Positions 16,507 to 30,724 of a stretch of 64,000 bases of DNA are shown piece after piece (the first letter of the stretch is position 1; every line of letters starts with the position of its first letter). The translations under genes were made by a program, and so were the position numbers. Source of the stretch: the human T2T-CHM13v2.0 reference genome, Homo sapiens; NCBI RefSeq assembly GCF_009914755.1, contig NC_060929.1. One strand, written 5' to 3'. The notes under the pieces are model-generated. The model saw only the letters and a program-made list of their open reading frames with translations. It was not told where the DNA came from and ran no database searches.

Positions 16507-17499
16507 GGTTATTAATAATACAAAAGTTAATTTGTTACCTGCTAATGAACATAGTAACACTCACTCATTTCTTATGAAGGCATTGCTCAAAAAAATTCCT
16601 TCCTGGCTTTCTGGTTAAGACAGAAAAAAAATTGGTGAGAGGGAACAGTTTAGAGGAGAGAGAAGACTTTAGAGGCAACAAACTAACAAACAAACAAACA
16701 AAACACTGCAGGGAGAAAGACTCAGTGATGTGAAACTTTTTATGTAGACTCTTTCTTTGTCCATCTTCAAGACAGAGTATGTATTTTTGGTCAGTAAAAG
16801 TGCTTAATGTTCCTAAGAATTTGTAATAATTTTAGATACAATATTCTTGAATATAAAATGCTGCAAATGATACTTTTTGGGAACAAGAATTGTTTCAAAA
16901 TTTGATTTTATTCAATTTGAATATTGTGAAAGTAATGTAAGCAACTGAAAAAGTTGCTAACTACTCATAAATATAGAAGATGCAATTCCATAAGAGTTGT
17001 GTTTCATATTTCTTGGTTTTCAATATTTGACATGTCTGCTTCATCTAAGCCTTAGTTACAAAATTTAAGTAAGGTTTAAGATATATATAACTTTCATTAA
17101 TATTTTTATTCACGTAATAAATCAATATACATAAATACTGTGAGTAAAGCCCTGTGTTGGGTTATGGTGATATAATAGTGCATCGCTCTTCCTTGATGGC
17201 AGTGACTCCTTTGCTGACTTGACATTTTTGTATGACACAATAAAAACAGACTGCCAAAGAAGTGAAATAGACATACATAGCCAATTCTTTATATGATCCA
17301 TCAAACATAAGATGATTCTGTCAAATTGCTAAAACAGTTGCTAAACACTTTTGATTTTCTTTACTTTTTTAAATCTTATATTATTAATCATTTGCAAACT
17401 AGTAATGGGGCTATGGATTTCATTTACAGTAAGATTGTTCTATGAAACGTGGCTTATTTGAGCAGAGGTGAGAATCCTGACCAACAAACTGAGAAATAA

Positions 17500-18110
17500 A
17501 ATACAACATTATCAATCCACTGAATAGACACTGATCCTGCAGGAGTCTGCCTGGAGGTAATGGAAGGTAATCTGAAGGCTAAATGTTAAATAGAAATGAC
17601 TTGTCTGGGAGATAGAGGGAGTTGGAGTTTCCCAAGAAAAGGAAACAACTTGTATTTTCAGAAGAGAAGACTGAAGAAATAGGCAGCATCAAATTCATAA
17701 CGGCTCTCAGTAGCCCTGCTTTGGAGTTTGGACTTGTCATTAAGCCAAAGAAGAAGTTTAAGAATGGGGTGACATAACATATGGGTAATTAACTGGAAAT
17801 ATTGGGAGTAGTATGTGTCACTTCTAGGAAAGATCTATATTTCTGTCTTGATCCACCAGATGGATGATGATAGCACCAGTGATTGGACTAGAAAAGTCAA
17901 AAGCAAACAGTTCATAGAAGAAAAATGCTGAATTTAGTTTAGGACAGTTTGAGTCAGAATTATCTCTGGAATATACAAGTTGAACTTTATAAATTTCAGT
18001 TTATAATGCATGTCTACAGCTATAGAAATACCTGACTTAGAGTTACAGCTATAAATGTTATCAACTAAGGGAGTAAATTAGATTACTAAGGAAGAAAAGA
18101 GAAAAGGTCT
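17500..18110 (-). mobile_element. Degraded L2 fragment
   Basis: ctgcctggaggtaatgg...ctgaaggc...ggagtttggacttg...gaatttagtttaggacagtttgagt L2-type motifs. Confidence 0.5.
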
Positions 18111-18576
18111 GAAAAGGCAAAAAGTTGAACAAAAACCATTCAAAATATTAGTACATTCTACTTGAAAGAAACATACTAAAAAACTAGACATAAGATTTCC
18201 AGTATACAGATAAGACACATTAAACACTTCGTAAAAAATTCATTTGTGTGTCTTGGGATGGAGTCCATAAACTGGAAGAGCTCTGAGTTTTTGAAATAAA
18301 CAGCAAAATAAATATATCTTCAGTCTTGTTTAAATTAGAGAAATTAATTTAGGAAATTTTATTTCTATTGCTTTTTCTGACATGATTCCAAAATAAAGCA
18401 TTTGTTTATAAATCAATAATTTTCAAGGAGAGAAGAGAAGCTTAGTTCAATGGTGATTTGTCAGAATTACTTGTGGACTTTCAAATATTACACACCTGCT
18501 GCAACTAAATCCACCCCCATGCTGCATAATCACTCACCCAAACTATTAACATTCTAATTCTAAATACCTGTTATAG

Positions 18577-19953
18577 TGAGAAGTGACAGCGTGCTAGCAA
18601 TCCTCACAGCCTTCGCTCGCTCTCGGCGCCTCCTCTGCCTGGGCTCCCACTTTGGTGGCACCTGAGGAGCCGTTCAGCCTACCGCTGCACTGTGGGAGCC
18701 CGTTTCTGGGCTGGCCAAGGCCGGAGCTGGCTCCCTCAGCTTGCAGGGAGGTGTGGAGGGAGAGGCGCGAGCGGGAACAAGGGCTGCGCGCTGCGCTCGC
18801 TGGCCAGCTGGAGTTCCGCGTAGGCGTGGCCTTGGCGGGCCCGGCACTCGGAGCGGCAGGCCGGCCCCGCCCGCCCGGGGCAGTGAGGGGCTTAGCACCT
18901 GGGCCAGCAGCTGCTGTGCTCAATTTCTCACCGGGCCTTAGCGGCCTCCCCGCTGGGCAAGGCTCGGGACCTGCAGCCCGCCATGCTTGAGCCTCACCGC
19001 TCCTCCGTGGGCTCCTGTGCGGCCGGAGCCTCCCTGAGGAGCGCAGTCCCCTGCTCCACAGCGCCCAGTCCCATCGACCACCCAAGGGCTGACGGGTACA
19101 CGGCGCGGGACTGGCAGGCAGCTCCACCTACAGCCCCTGTGCGGGATCCACTGGGTGAAGCCAGCTGGGTTCCTGACTGGTAGGAACTTGGAGAACCTTT
19201 ATGTCTAGCTAAGGGATTGTAAATACACCAATCGGCACTCTGTATCTAGCTCAAGGTTTGTAAACACACCAATCGGCACCCTGTGTCTAGCTCAGGGTTT
19301 GTGAATGCACTAATCGACACTGTATCTAGCTACTCTGGTGGGGACTTGGAGAACCTTTGTGTCCACACCGTGTATCTAGCTAATCTGGTGGGGAGGTAGA
19401 GAACTTTTGTGTCTAGCTCAGGGATTGTAAACGCACTAATCAGCACCCTGTCAAAACAGACCATTGGGTTCTACCAATCAGCAGGATGTGGGTAGGGGCA
19501 GATAAGAGAATAAAAGCAGGCTGCCCTAGCCAGCAGTGGCAACCCGCTGGGGTCCCCTTCCACACTGAGAAAGCTTTGTTCTTTCGCTCTTTGCAATAAA
19601 TCTTGCTATTGCTCACTCTTTGGGTCCACACTGCCTTTATAAGCTGTAACACTCACCACGAAGGTCTGCAGCTTCACTCTTGAAGCCAGCAAGACTACGA
19701 ATCCACTGGGAGGAACGAACAACTCCAGATGTGCCACCTTAAGAGCTGTAACACTCACTGGGAAGGTCCCCAGCTTCACTCCTGAGCCAGCGAGACCACG
19801 AACCCACCAGAAGAAAGAAACTCCAAACACATCCAAACATCAGAAGGCACAAACTCCAGCCGCGCCACCTTAAGAGCTGTAACACTCACCGCGAGGGTCC
19901 ACGGCTTCATTCTTGAAGTCAGTGAGACCAAGAACCCACCAATTCCGGACACA
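18577..19953 (+). mobile_element. LTR12C (ERV9) solo LTR
   Basis: TG...CA ends (tgagaagtgacagcgtgct ... aattccggacaca) and 4-bp TSD atag at 18573-18576 and 19954-19957. GC/CpG-rich U3, ccaatc..tctagct repeats and gctgtaacactcacc U5 repeats. Confidence 0.97.
19200..19600 (+). promoter_or_regulatory. LTR12C enhancer/promoter module
   Basis: CCAAT (NF-Y) at 19228, 19269 and 19474; GATA gataag at 19501; TATA-like aataaaa at 19509; poly(A) signal aataaa at 19595. Activity is inferred from the family, not shown by the sequence. Confidence 0.7.
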
Positions 19954-20093
19954 ATAGTATAGTAGTATTGAATCCATTTTTTTTCTGGAGCAATATCTCT
20001 GAAAGAGCAATTTAATTCAAGGTGAAAATTCATTTTTTTTTAATTCAACATTATCCTTGGTACCAAGGGTATGAAGAAGAGTAAAAAAAACTC

Positions 20094-20418
<325 letters not shown>

Positions 20419-21979
20419 ACACTCCTTGTCTTCAAAGAACTTCTATTTTTCTTTGCAAAGTATTTGTGTTATAAACACTGCAAAAAGATGCATGCATTGA
20501 AGATAACACAAATATTAATTTTGTGAGAAATGTAATGATAAAAGGTTGTTATTTGGCAATAGAATGAGATTATTAATTGTTTTGAGTTGTTCTGCTCCTA
20601 AGTAAGTTCATGAATTTAAACAAACCTCTTAATGTCTTAGGGGTTCCAAGTTTCTTTCTTGTTAAAAAAAAATTGTTAGACTGCTTATCATTTTTTAGAA
20701 GGACTTAGTAGGAGCAAAATATACATATTTTTATCCTATAATTTTTTTAAGGGAGGTTTGATACGTATGCAGCCAATCTTCTAGCAGTTCCTTTTGACCA
20801 CCTTTTGGGAACATCTGGATAAGTGACCACTAACACCATATCTACTTACTAGTTATTTCCTTTATCCACACGATAGGGAGCAAATGCAACTTCCTGGATT
20901 GTGAAAGAGGTTATATAATTATATAAAGTCTACCCTATATTATAAAATTGTACTTTTAATTTTCTATATTGTTTTTAAAAAATTATGTGATTTTCTTGCC
21001 AATTTTTTTGTAATGAATAAACCAAATAGCCAATAAGCATTAAATAAAAATAAAATATATAACTAAATAAATTACTTTCCACTCTAATAATAAGGAATAT
21101 TTTAGGCACATAACCCTTAATTATAAACTTTAATAATATATAGTCTCTGTATCAAAAATATTTGCTTGTATTTTCTCACAGAAAGGTAATCTGCTCTTAT
21201 GGATATTCTTTCTCTTACACCTTCTCTTCCAGCCAACCAAATCATTCAATCCTTCATTGATTTATTGAAAATCTATTATACAACCCATTATGCTAATGGC
21301 TTTATTGTCACAGATTATTCCCATCTTAGAAAAAGAACCACTCTGAATACAAAGCTTTCCTCAAACTGAATCTAACAATGAATTTGAAAAGTTGCTACAT
21401 AGGGGCCCACAAGGAATTATGTGCCAGTAAATGTATTGCCCGGAAAGGGCACTTTTCCAAGCACAAAACTCTAAGTATTTAATTTGCAAAAGAAACATTG
21501 ATTTATTCATTCTATGATAAATTATCTCATCTGAGAGAAATTATTATCATAGGATTGAATTACGCAAATTTCATTTCTTGAGCTTGATATAGAATATTAA
21601 GGATATGTGTGAGTGAATGAGAGAAAGTGATATTGTGAATTTCTATCAGGCTGGCATGTGTGTGCTCTAACCCTTGTTCTTAGTTCATGTAAAACCACTA
21701 GAAATGCTTTTAGAATATTTAACAATTATATAAATGATTAGCATCTCTTTCACATTAAGAAACATGATAACATCTTCTTTATGAACTCTTATTCAAAACT
21801 AAAGCAGAGTCAAAACAATTTATAAAACATATTGATTCTCTAATGTGGCAAGATGTTTAAACAAAGAGCTTTTGGAGTGAGCAAGAAGAAGCATTCAATG
21901 TTTTAATGTGAAACATTTATGCAGTTTTTCTATGACTTTTTTTTCATGCAGGGGTAGAAAATAATTACAGAGCCATATA

Positions 21980-22200
21980 CAACAATAATAGAAAAATGTT
22001 TGAATCCTTACTATGTGTCATATACCACATAAAATACTAAGTATGTTCTCCCATTTAATTCTCATGGTCATTTTAGGAAATAGATATGATTATTATCCTC
22101 TGAAAATGAGGAAATTGAGGCATAGATAAGGTTACAGTCAATAATCTGAGGAAATGATATTTGAACCTAAGCAATCTAGATTATTTAACTATTTTGCTAA
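21980..22200 (-). mobile_element. MIR
   Basis: catttaattctcat...attattatcctctgaaaatgaggaaattgaggcatagataaggtta...atttgaacctaagcaatct. Confidence 0.65.
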
Positions 22201-24769
22201 CTCCAACATACAGAATGTATATTTATTGCAAATGATCAGCTAGAATTCTCTAATGTCTACCCTTTGCCAATAAAAATTACAAGTCAATGCCATCTTATAA
22301 ACACAGGCATCTATGTAATAATATTTCTCTTTCTAGGAAGATAAATGATCAATGAAATAACCTCAATGTATAGAGGTGAAAATGAAAGTGCCAGGACAAA
22401 TTGACATCGTGGGATTTAGAGCATATTGTTTTCTTTTGTTTTGCCAGTTAGTTTGTTTGTTTTGTCCTTTAGTAGTAACTTTTATAATATGATTCTTAGC
22501 ATGGAGTAACTAGTGCTCTGCCAGTGGGAGTTTTCAAGCTTAACATTCAAGATCTTTTTTCATTCATTGTTGAAAACATGACAGAAAACCACATATAATT
22601 TTGTTTTATATACAAACAACTAATAAACTATTAAAAAAACGATGAAGACTTACCAAAATTTAGAAAGGATATAATATGGGCACATTTGTCTGGTTTACTT
22701 TGGATTCAACTAAAAAGTCCTTCTGGATTCTGCATTTCATAAAAATTTTATCTTGAGTTGGCTATGGTTTTCAGTTTCTGCTATTCTTGATTGTAATTAT
22801 AGATTAGCGTTATTTTGCCTTCACAATCAGCACATTAATTTGTTGTAGGTTTGGTTAATTATAAAGTGATGCATATTTCCACTAACAACCTTTTTAAAAG
22901 CATAATTTTTAAATGGGCTTTTAAGAAGTGTGTGCATTGTGGTTCAAATGTGAATAATTTGCACCTCTATTGCTAAAAGAAATGCAATTGTAATTCCAAA
23001 ACAGTATATTTATATGATGATACTCCATTGGAAAGAAGCACCAGATATGGCACAAGATCCTTTTAAAAATCTTCACTGCAAACTACTTGAGAATAACCCT
23101 AAAGCTAAGACAATTTTGACCACCTAGTTGTTCTGCAAATAATTAATAATATAATGTTCCAAACTTTATCCTAATTTAATTTATGCATCTGAATGTACAT
23201 CACGATTCTTTCCAAAGGACATGTAAAATAACCGTAAGTACCTGCATAATAAGGTTGATATAGCAAACTTTAAACAGAAAATTAGAATCAAGAAAAAAGT
23301 TTAATCATACTTAATATAATTATCGTAATTAACATCTAATTTGGCTTGAGAATGCACCTTAATTTTGAACAGAATATTAAGAATCATGTATGATACAGAA
23401 ATAGAGGTCTTTCAATGAGTTCACCTGCAAATTTGTTTGATCTTATAGACAGTAACATCTTCAATCATGATTTATATGGCTACAGCTTTAACTAGCATAA
23501 CTACCCCTGGACAATTAGAAAAATATAAAACCTCTTTAAAAGCTATAAATGTATTTTAATGTCACTGCCAAGAAATATTACATATCTGTGGGTTTAGTAT
23601 CCCATTGTCATTTGTAAAGGAAATGTTTGAATCGCTTCAAATTGGAGGATTTCACTATTAAGAGATCAATTATGCTACATTTTTTAAGTTAAAAAAAGAT
23701 ACACTTGTAATTCTTAAAATGTATTTCTTGTTTATTTGTACTTTTAAGAAAACTGTATATGTTTCCAGTTTTCCTTTACCTTTTAAGTTGTTCAATTACT
23801 TTCACATTTAAGATATGAATTTTATATATTCATACTTTTTCTATTATATTTGTTTTTCATACATATTTTCCACTGCATCATTTAATTTTGTATGTAAAAC
23901 TTGTTTGAAAGACTGTCAAAGCTATTGATGTTTCTCTTTGAAATTTCTTTCATTGCTTTTGTGCTAAGCCTCATTTTATCCAATGATCAGTTAAAATTTC
24001 CCTTCATATTTATTTAACTGTTTATTTCTCCTGAAGTGATTCAATCTGTGCTGAGAGCAGCTGTGACTTTCAAATCACAAAACCACCAGTATGCCTGGAC
24101 ATGGATCAATCAGAGTAGACATGACCAGAGGCTAGAACAGGGTCCCAAGTACCCTGTGCCTGCCAGGGTTCATTTATTCTTTAGTTACTAGTTAGGAAAA
24201 GGGCTGGCGGGGCAGAATTCTGCCTGGGGGCTCAGGACCGAGCTCATTTTACAATGTGCATGATGGGATTTAAATATTTTAGCTATATGGCTGTACCAGT
24301 GTGTACTCACAGATTATCAGCATTGGGTGAGGGAGGAAGCTCTTGATTTCTGCTTTCCATCTAGTGAAAAATTCTCACATTATAAATCAATGTTTTTCCT
24401 TTGATGTTAATCAGTGAAGGAAAAAGACTCAGCTTATCCTACTACTAGCTCCTAAGGTTTTTTGTTTGTTTCTTTTTTGTATGTATGTATTTGTTTTATG
24501 TTGTTTGTTTGTTCTCCTACAGCCAAGCATAATAGTATATTCTTTTGAATAGAACATTGCTAAAAAAAATTCCATTACGGCAAGATGATGGACAAAGTTT
24601 CCTAGAGTTGTAGGCCCTGTAGTTGTTTTCATTCATTTCAAAAAATAAAAAATGAGAAAATGATAGATATATGAAAACTGTTAACAAGTTTTATTTGTCC
24701 TAAGGGTTAGCCCAATTCCTTCTATTGTACTGAGGGAGGTTTGGGCTATGAAGGTAACAAAGTAGGATT

Positions 24770-24872
24770 TTATTAATTTACGTCTACCACTTAAATGGTA
24801 CATGGTGTTGAGCAAGTTCGTTAATTTCCTAAGCTTTAGTTTTTGCATCTGGAAAATTGAGATAATAATAGC
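24770..24872 (+). mobile_element. MIR core fragment
   Basis: ttgagcaagttcgttaatttcctaagctttagtttttgcatctggaaaattgagataataatag. Confidence 0.6.
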
Positions 24873-27561
24873 TTTGAAGTATTGTAAATGTGTAGGTGTG
24901 TAAGTACCATTTATTTAGTGCCAATTTTAATCTTTTCTATCCATGAGGGTATGCCTTGTATATATTTTGTGCATGTGTATAAATATTATATTGTTTGTAT
25001 TATACATATAGTAAATACAATGTATAAATATTATATATATTACATATATAGATTATAACTGGCACTAAATTATAAAAGGTAGTTATTATTTTCATTAAAA
25101 ACCTTACCTTTCATTAATTAGAAATAGAGTTCAGAAAAGTCCCTTAAATTTCAGTATGGGCCAAAAGATGACATGATGAAGGTAGTATCCCACATTTTCA
25201 CTGGAATTTTATTATTGGAAACAGGAGAAGCATTTTAACTTCCACAAAGTTGTACTCACAATATCTGAAATGAAATGATAAAAAAGGAAAGGTAAAAATA
25301 TGCTGCTGTCTTATCATTGAATCCTCATTTAATCTCTTCCACGGATCTCCATTACATTCCTCAAAATACAACTTCAGTGGAAAGGATAATAGCTTCCCTG
25401 AATAATGTTAATGGAAAGGGGCTTTTAAAAGCTTTACAGAAATCAATGAACTTTGGGATACTGGTTGTTTCAAAATTCTGGAGTAATTTCCATTATTCAT
25501 TTTGGAAAGAAAGTTTAATCACAGCATGATACACTTTGCTAAAAAACAGCATATATTCATGGATCTCTCTATAGAGAATATCTTTTAGATATATTAAGCT
25601 CTTAAATTAAAAACACTTAGTGTGTTAGTTCATGATACCAGTGGCAGCATATGGAAACACCTCTTTGCAAAGGAAAATCCAGATTTCTAATCATCTAGTA
25701 ATGTATGTGTATATAAAATTGTACTAAAATTATTAAATGTATTATTACCTATGTCCCCTACATATTGAAATATTTCTCTTAATTAGGACTTACTTTTATT
25801 TTCTTCAAAGTCGGTATTAGAAATCACCTTTTTACTGTGATATTGAGGTTTGACTATCTAACTACTTATATGCCATTGGAGGAGATTCCAATATACTGAG
25901 CCAGGGCTTACTGAGCTTCACCTTCTCATGTTATGTGAGTGTCACTTTCTCTGATGTAATATGCCACAGTTGCCCAGGCTGAGCTGTGTCAAAGCAAAAG
26001 CAAGATGACTAAATGAACACTTATGTATATGTTCAGAGAAGATTGGGAATAATTTTCAATACTTTCCTAGAGATTTTCCAAAATCACTTTATTAAGTTGT
26101 GATGTTTTCTGTAATATTTAAACTATATTTTCTGGGTTTTTATTTTTTTCTATTTAACCAATTGTTTTTCTCTAATTATGTGAAAAACTACTTCTCTTTT
26201 AAACTTTTTCATTCTTGGTGTTCTTTTTGTTATAGTGTTTGAAAGCTGTTTTGCTTTAAGTTCCCTATGCCATAAGAGTTATATTTTCTTCCTGTATTTC
26301 TTGTAGATGATTTGCTGATAATTTTCTCACATTTATGGATGTGAATACAAGGGGCTTATCAAATATCAATTTCTTGCTACTTTTATATCAAAGAAATTTA
26401 TGCGGTATGAACACAATACATTCCCAAATTAAATCTGAATTATTTTCCTACTTGTTTGTTAGATATCTATGGTCCAGAAATTCCATCTACATTTCTTCTG
26501 CAATCCTATTGTACAAGACATGATCATCACACATATCCTTATCAGGTAATGTCCAAGAGTTTTGATACTTTTTATTTCTTACTCATTACCCATAGTCAAT
26601 TCTAGGATTATAGATGAAGCTGCATTATTAAGGATATTACCAATTTTCACAGAAATATCATTTTGAAGCATGAGGCATTAACCTAATTGTCATTAAGAAA
26701 ATTCTGATTAAAGATCATAGAGATAATAATATAATACTTTGTATATGCTTTAATATTATACTGCATGGGGGAGCAAGTGAGGGTAACATAATATATGCTG
26801 GTAATTATTGAGGTTAATGATGAATGATGACTACAGTGATACTCTTTTCTCTACTTTTATATATGTTTGAAAACTTTCATCATGACAAAAACAGCAAAGG
26901 AAAAAAATCAACTGAAATAGGTTTATAACAAAATGCTTACCATAAGTTAAAGAAAATGAATATGAAAAATACCAGGAGAAATGAAAATATTTGTAAATGT
27001 TGAGTGCATTATAGAATCCTGCATGCTAAATCTATGGTTGTGCTGTATCTGAAGTAAGCCTGTCACAGATGGTTTCAAACATCATGGAGACTGTTATAAA
27101 AAAAAGCTGCAAAATTTAACACATTTAAATTACACAATCCATTTATTACATCATTCATTTGGCAAATATATATGCCATAAAATACAGTAAGTCTATACAT
27201 TTGTGCTTGTTGTGGGAAGGGCTCTATGGAGAAGGAAGAAGATGTGGAATAAAGATAAGAACAATGGTGGCACAGTTTAGAAAAGAAAAGCAAAATTAAA
27301 AGTTATGATTCACTCATTTTGAAGATAGGAAATATGTGTAATATATTGGGCATAAAGATAATCTTAGCTCAGGATCTCAGAATAATTCTTTATTTGTTAA
27401 AACTTATAAATCTGAGCTTAAATATGCTCACAACCTATAAGCTTTTATAAAAAGCAATGATAAGTTATTGGTGATTTTTTAAAACATTTTATGTGGTTGA
27501 GTAAACAGTTTTCTCCAATGACATATCCCAAATGGAAAAGGGCTTTATTGAAGTAAAGAAT

Positions 27562-28358
27562 TGATAAGAAGTGCTGGGAAGAGAAAAGCTGAGAAAAGAA
27601 GAGCATGGTCCCTTTAAATGACATGGAAGGGAAGTGCTGGGTAGAGAAAGGTGTGGTCACCCCTGCCTAGGTCTCCACCCTTATGGACCCAGTTGAGGAT
27701 AGGCATTTCCTGCCCAAATATTGCATTTCCGAAGACCACCCTGGCCTGCCATGCCCCCATCCTGTGCCTATAACAACCCAAGATCCTACCAAGGCAGAGA
27801 CAGAAGTGGCTGGAGAGGAGGAACACACAGGCGGCTGGACGTGAAGATGAACGCGTTGGCGTGCCGGCAGGCCACTGACCTGCAGAATGAGGCAGAATTT
27901 GGCCGGGGCTGTCAGAGGAGATCCCAGGCCACCAACTGGCCTGACTCCAGGGGAAAACCATCTCTCTTCCGGCTTCCCCATTTGCGGAGAGTTACCTCCA
28001 CTCAATAAAACCTTGTACTCATTCTCCAAGCCCGAGTGTGTTCCGATTCTTCTGGTATACCAAGGCAAGGAAACCCCAGGATGCAGAAAGCCCTATGTCC
28101 TTGCAACAAGGTGGAGGGTCTAATTGAGCTAACACAAGCGCCTATAGATGGCAAATTAAAAGAGCACCCTGTAACACACGCCCACTGGGGCTTCAAGAGC
28201 TGTAAATATTCACCCCTAGACAGTGCCATAGGGTCGGAGCCCCACAGCCTGTCCGTCTGTGTGCTCCCCTAGAGGATTGAGCAGCTGGGCACTGAAGAAG
28301 CGAGCCACATCCCCATCGCACGCCCTGTGAGGGGGAAAAGCGAACTTTTTCCGTTTTA
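27562..28358 (+). mobile_element. LTR1-family (HUERS-P2, ERV1) solo LTR
   Basis: tgataagaagtgctgggaag...ccctttaaatga...gggaagtgctgggtaga ... gaactttttccgtttta. aataaa at ~28004. Near-TSD gaat/ggat. Confidence 0.85.
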
Positions 28359-30724
28359 GGATGAGTAGCCTTATTTTATTTCAATGGCCTCCCTGACCTA
28401 ACGACCAATACAATTGTACCCATTACATTTTTTCTATCAATCATTAGATTGGGTTCTCTTTTACAGAATGAATAAACTATTTTAGTAGTAACATTATTTG
28501 AGCACTTTTTATGTAAGTATGGTAATGATATGGTGTTTGGCTTTTAAAAATTATGTGCTGCCCCTTTAGTTGAATATTTTAAAGTAATCTTTAGACCTTT
28601 TATCAAAAATATCCTTAAAGGAGGCTGACTTGTTTCAGAAGCTTATTTGTTCAAGTCTCCTAAAGAAACCTCAAGGCTTCAGAAAACCACATGGATTTCA
28701 ACCATTTTAAATGGCCACAAGAAAAAAAATATTCAAAGGTTATGAAGAAGGCTTGGGTTGCTCTTCTCTGGGAGTGTTAATAGACATTATCGATTTTTGC
28801 CTGCTCCAGTGATATACTTCTGCTTCAAGGCAAAGAACTGGACCAGATGACTCTGCAAGGTTTACTTCAGCTCTGTGGTTGTAAATATACATAAAATAGC
28901 CTTGATCAGACACTTCCTCCACCACCAATGAAACATACTAGGTTCATGTCTGAAATATAATGTTCTTCGTTTCCACATATTAACACTATCTGTGGTATAA
29001 ATTGTGGAGTTCCTTTTTTTGTTTGTTTGTTTAAACCATAAGGATCTGGGTGTCTTAATGCAAACAATTATTGAAAGATTTCCTGAATAAAATGCATATA
29101 TGTGATGCATATATGTGATGCTATAACACTGTTCCAAACTACATTCAGTTTCAAAACACAATGTTCTAAAAGTTTATGAATTACAGAGCAAAACCATGTC
29201 ATTTTGATTCCACTCTTGCTTTTAATAGAGAAAAAAATTGTAATTCTTATGAATTCAGCATTAATCTCAAAGTTCATTCAACCGACACTTTATTCTTTCA
29301 AGCTAGTCAACAATTGTTTTACCTCATTTTCTTTCTTTTTTACTTTATTGGGAAAGGAAATTAGTTTGCCCATTGAATTATCTTCATAAACAGGCATTAT
29401 TAAGGCTCTTATTTGTAAATTCACTTTGAGCTTCTCTTTCAACTCATGCAAAATTTCACCCCCAAATTCTTACAAGTCAGCTGGTATGCATCTTTCATTT
29501 GTGATGATAATAACAATACTATTTCTAGACATATTTTCTGAAAAGTTAAAATTTAAGTTAAAAGCTTAAATTTAAAAAGGCAATAGCAAGAGTTGTAAGT
29601 GCTTTCTGCTAAGATAAATAATGATGAAGTGGGTAGGTGACCTGCTCAATTAGGAAGTGAAAATCAAGACAAAATGTAATTTTTTTTCAAAGAAACTGCT
29701 GCTTTTTTTTTTTTTAATCTCATGGCTATTGTCATTTGGCTACATAGATTGTCTAAAACATTTGTAATTTAAGACAGAGGGCTTAACCAGGTGGCTTGTT
29801 GCCTATTCATAGGATTGGGCAAGAATACATTTCAATGCCGAGCTCAAATGACCAAATTTAAATAATACTTCTGCCACTTACTATCTGATGCCTTTGACCA
29901 ACTTGTTTATTATATTTAGAACTCATTCACAAACCCATATTATGTGCCACATCCTAGGCTAACTTCCAATATACTCAGTTCATGCCCTTAAGGATCTTAC
30001 AACATAAGGCTTTTAGGTATACAAATTTTCTAGAGCAGCATGGTCTAGATAATAGCACCCATTGGATTCAAAGGTGGATCAGAGAGCACTTCAAATTATG
30101 TTCATTTTCTTTTATTGAAAATATAAATAATCACAGCTTCCCTGTAAAAAGAAATACCCAAGTAATTATGAGAATAAAAACAAAAATGAGATTACATGTA
30201 AAAGTCCACTGTTAACTAAAAAACACTATTTATGCATTAGGATTTAATAGTGAGTCTTTCAGAATGTGGATGATTATTTCTTAAGATAAAAGGATGAATT
30301 TGATTCATCTGGCATAAGTCTTTGCATGTGCTTTAAGATCTTAAAAGGCTCAAGGGAAGGGGTGTCAAAGTAGCACATTTTAATGCTTCCGACCAAAAAT
30401 TTGGTATTAACAAGCAAAGACAGACTTGAAGAACAGAAAAAATGTATTACATCAAGAGATTAATGTTTCAAAGGGAAGAGTTGCATGAAAGAATGAGAGA
30501 AATAACTGATGAATTTCTTTTTTCTAGATCTGAGTATCCTCAAGTAAATTTAGAAAATGCCACTTCTGCTGTCCTTAGGTAAGACTAGGAAATTGTGTTT
30601 TCCTCAGTGATGATGGATTGAGTTGTGGGATTGAATGTGCCAGCCTCCAGAATCACACTTGTTTTGTGTGTTTTGTGTGCCTGAATGGCAGGAAGTGTCT
30701 CAGATTGAGGGAGTAAATGAAAGT

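Noticed and set aside
18594-19183. Overlapping Pro/Ala/Gly-rich ORFs
   Set aside because: GC-rich LTR12C U3 is stop-poor in all frames; no coding signal.
19200-19920. Repeat-spacer-like arrays suggesting CRISPR
   Set aside because: These are the normal LTR12 U3 and U5 tandem repeats. There are no unique spacers or cas genes, and the DNA is human.
27614-28272. Cluster of ORFs on both strands
   Set aside because: They all lie within the LTR1 solo LTR.
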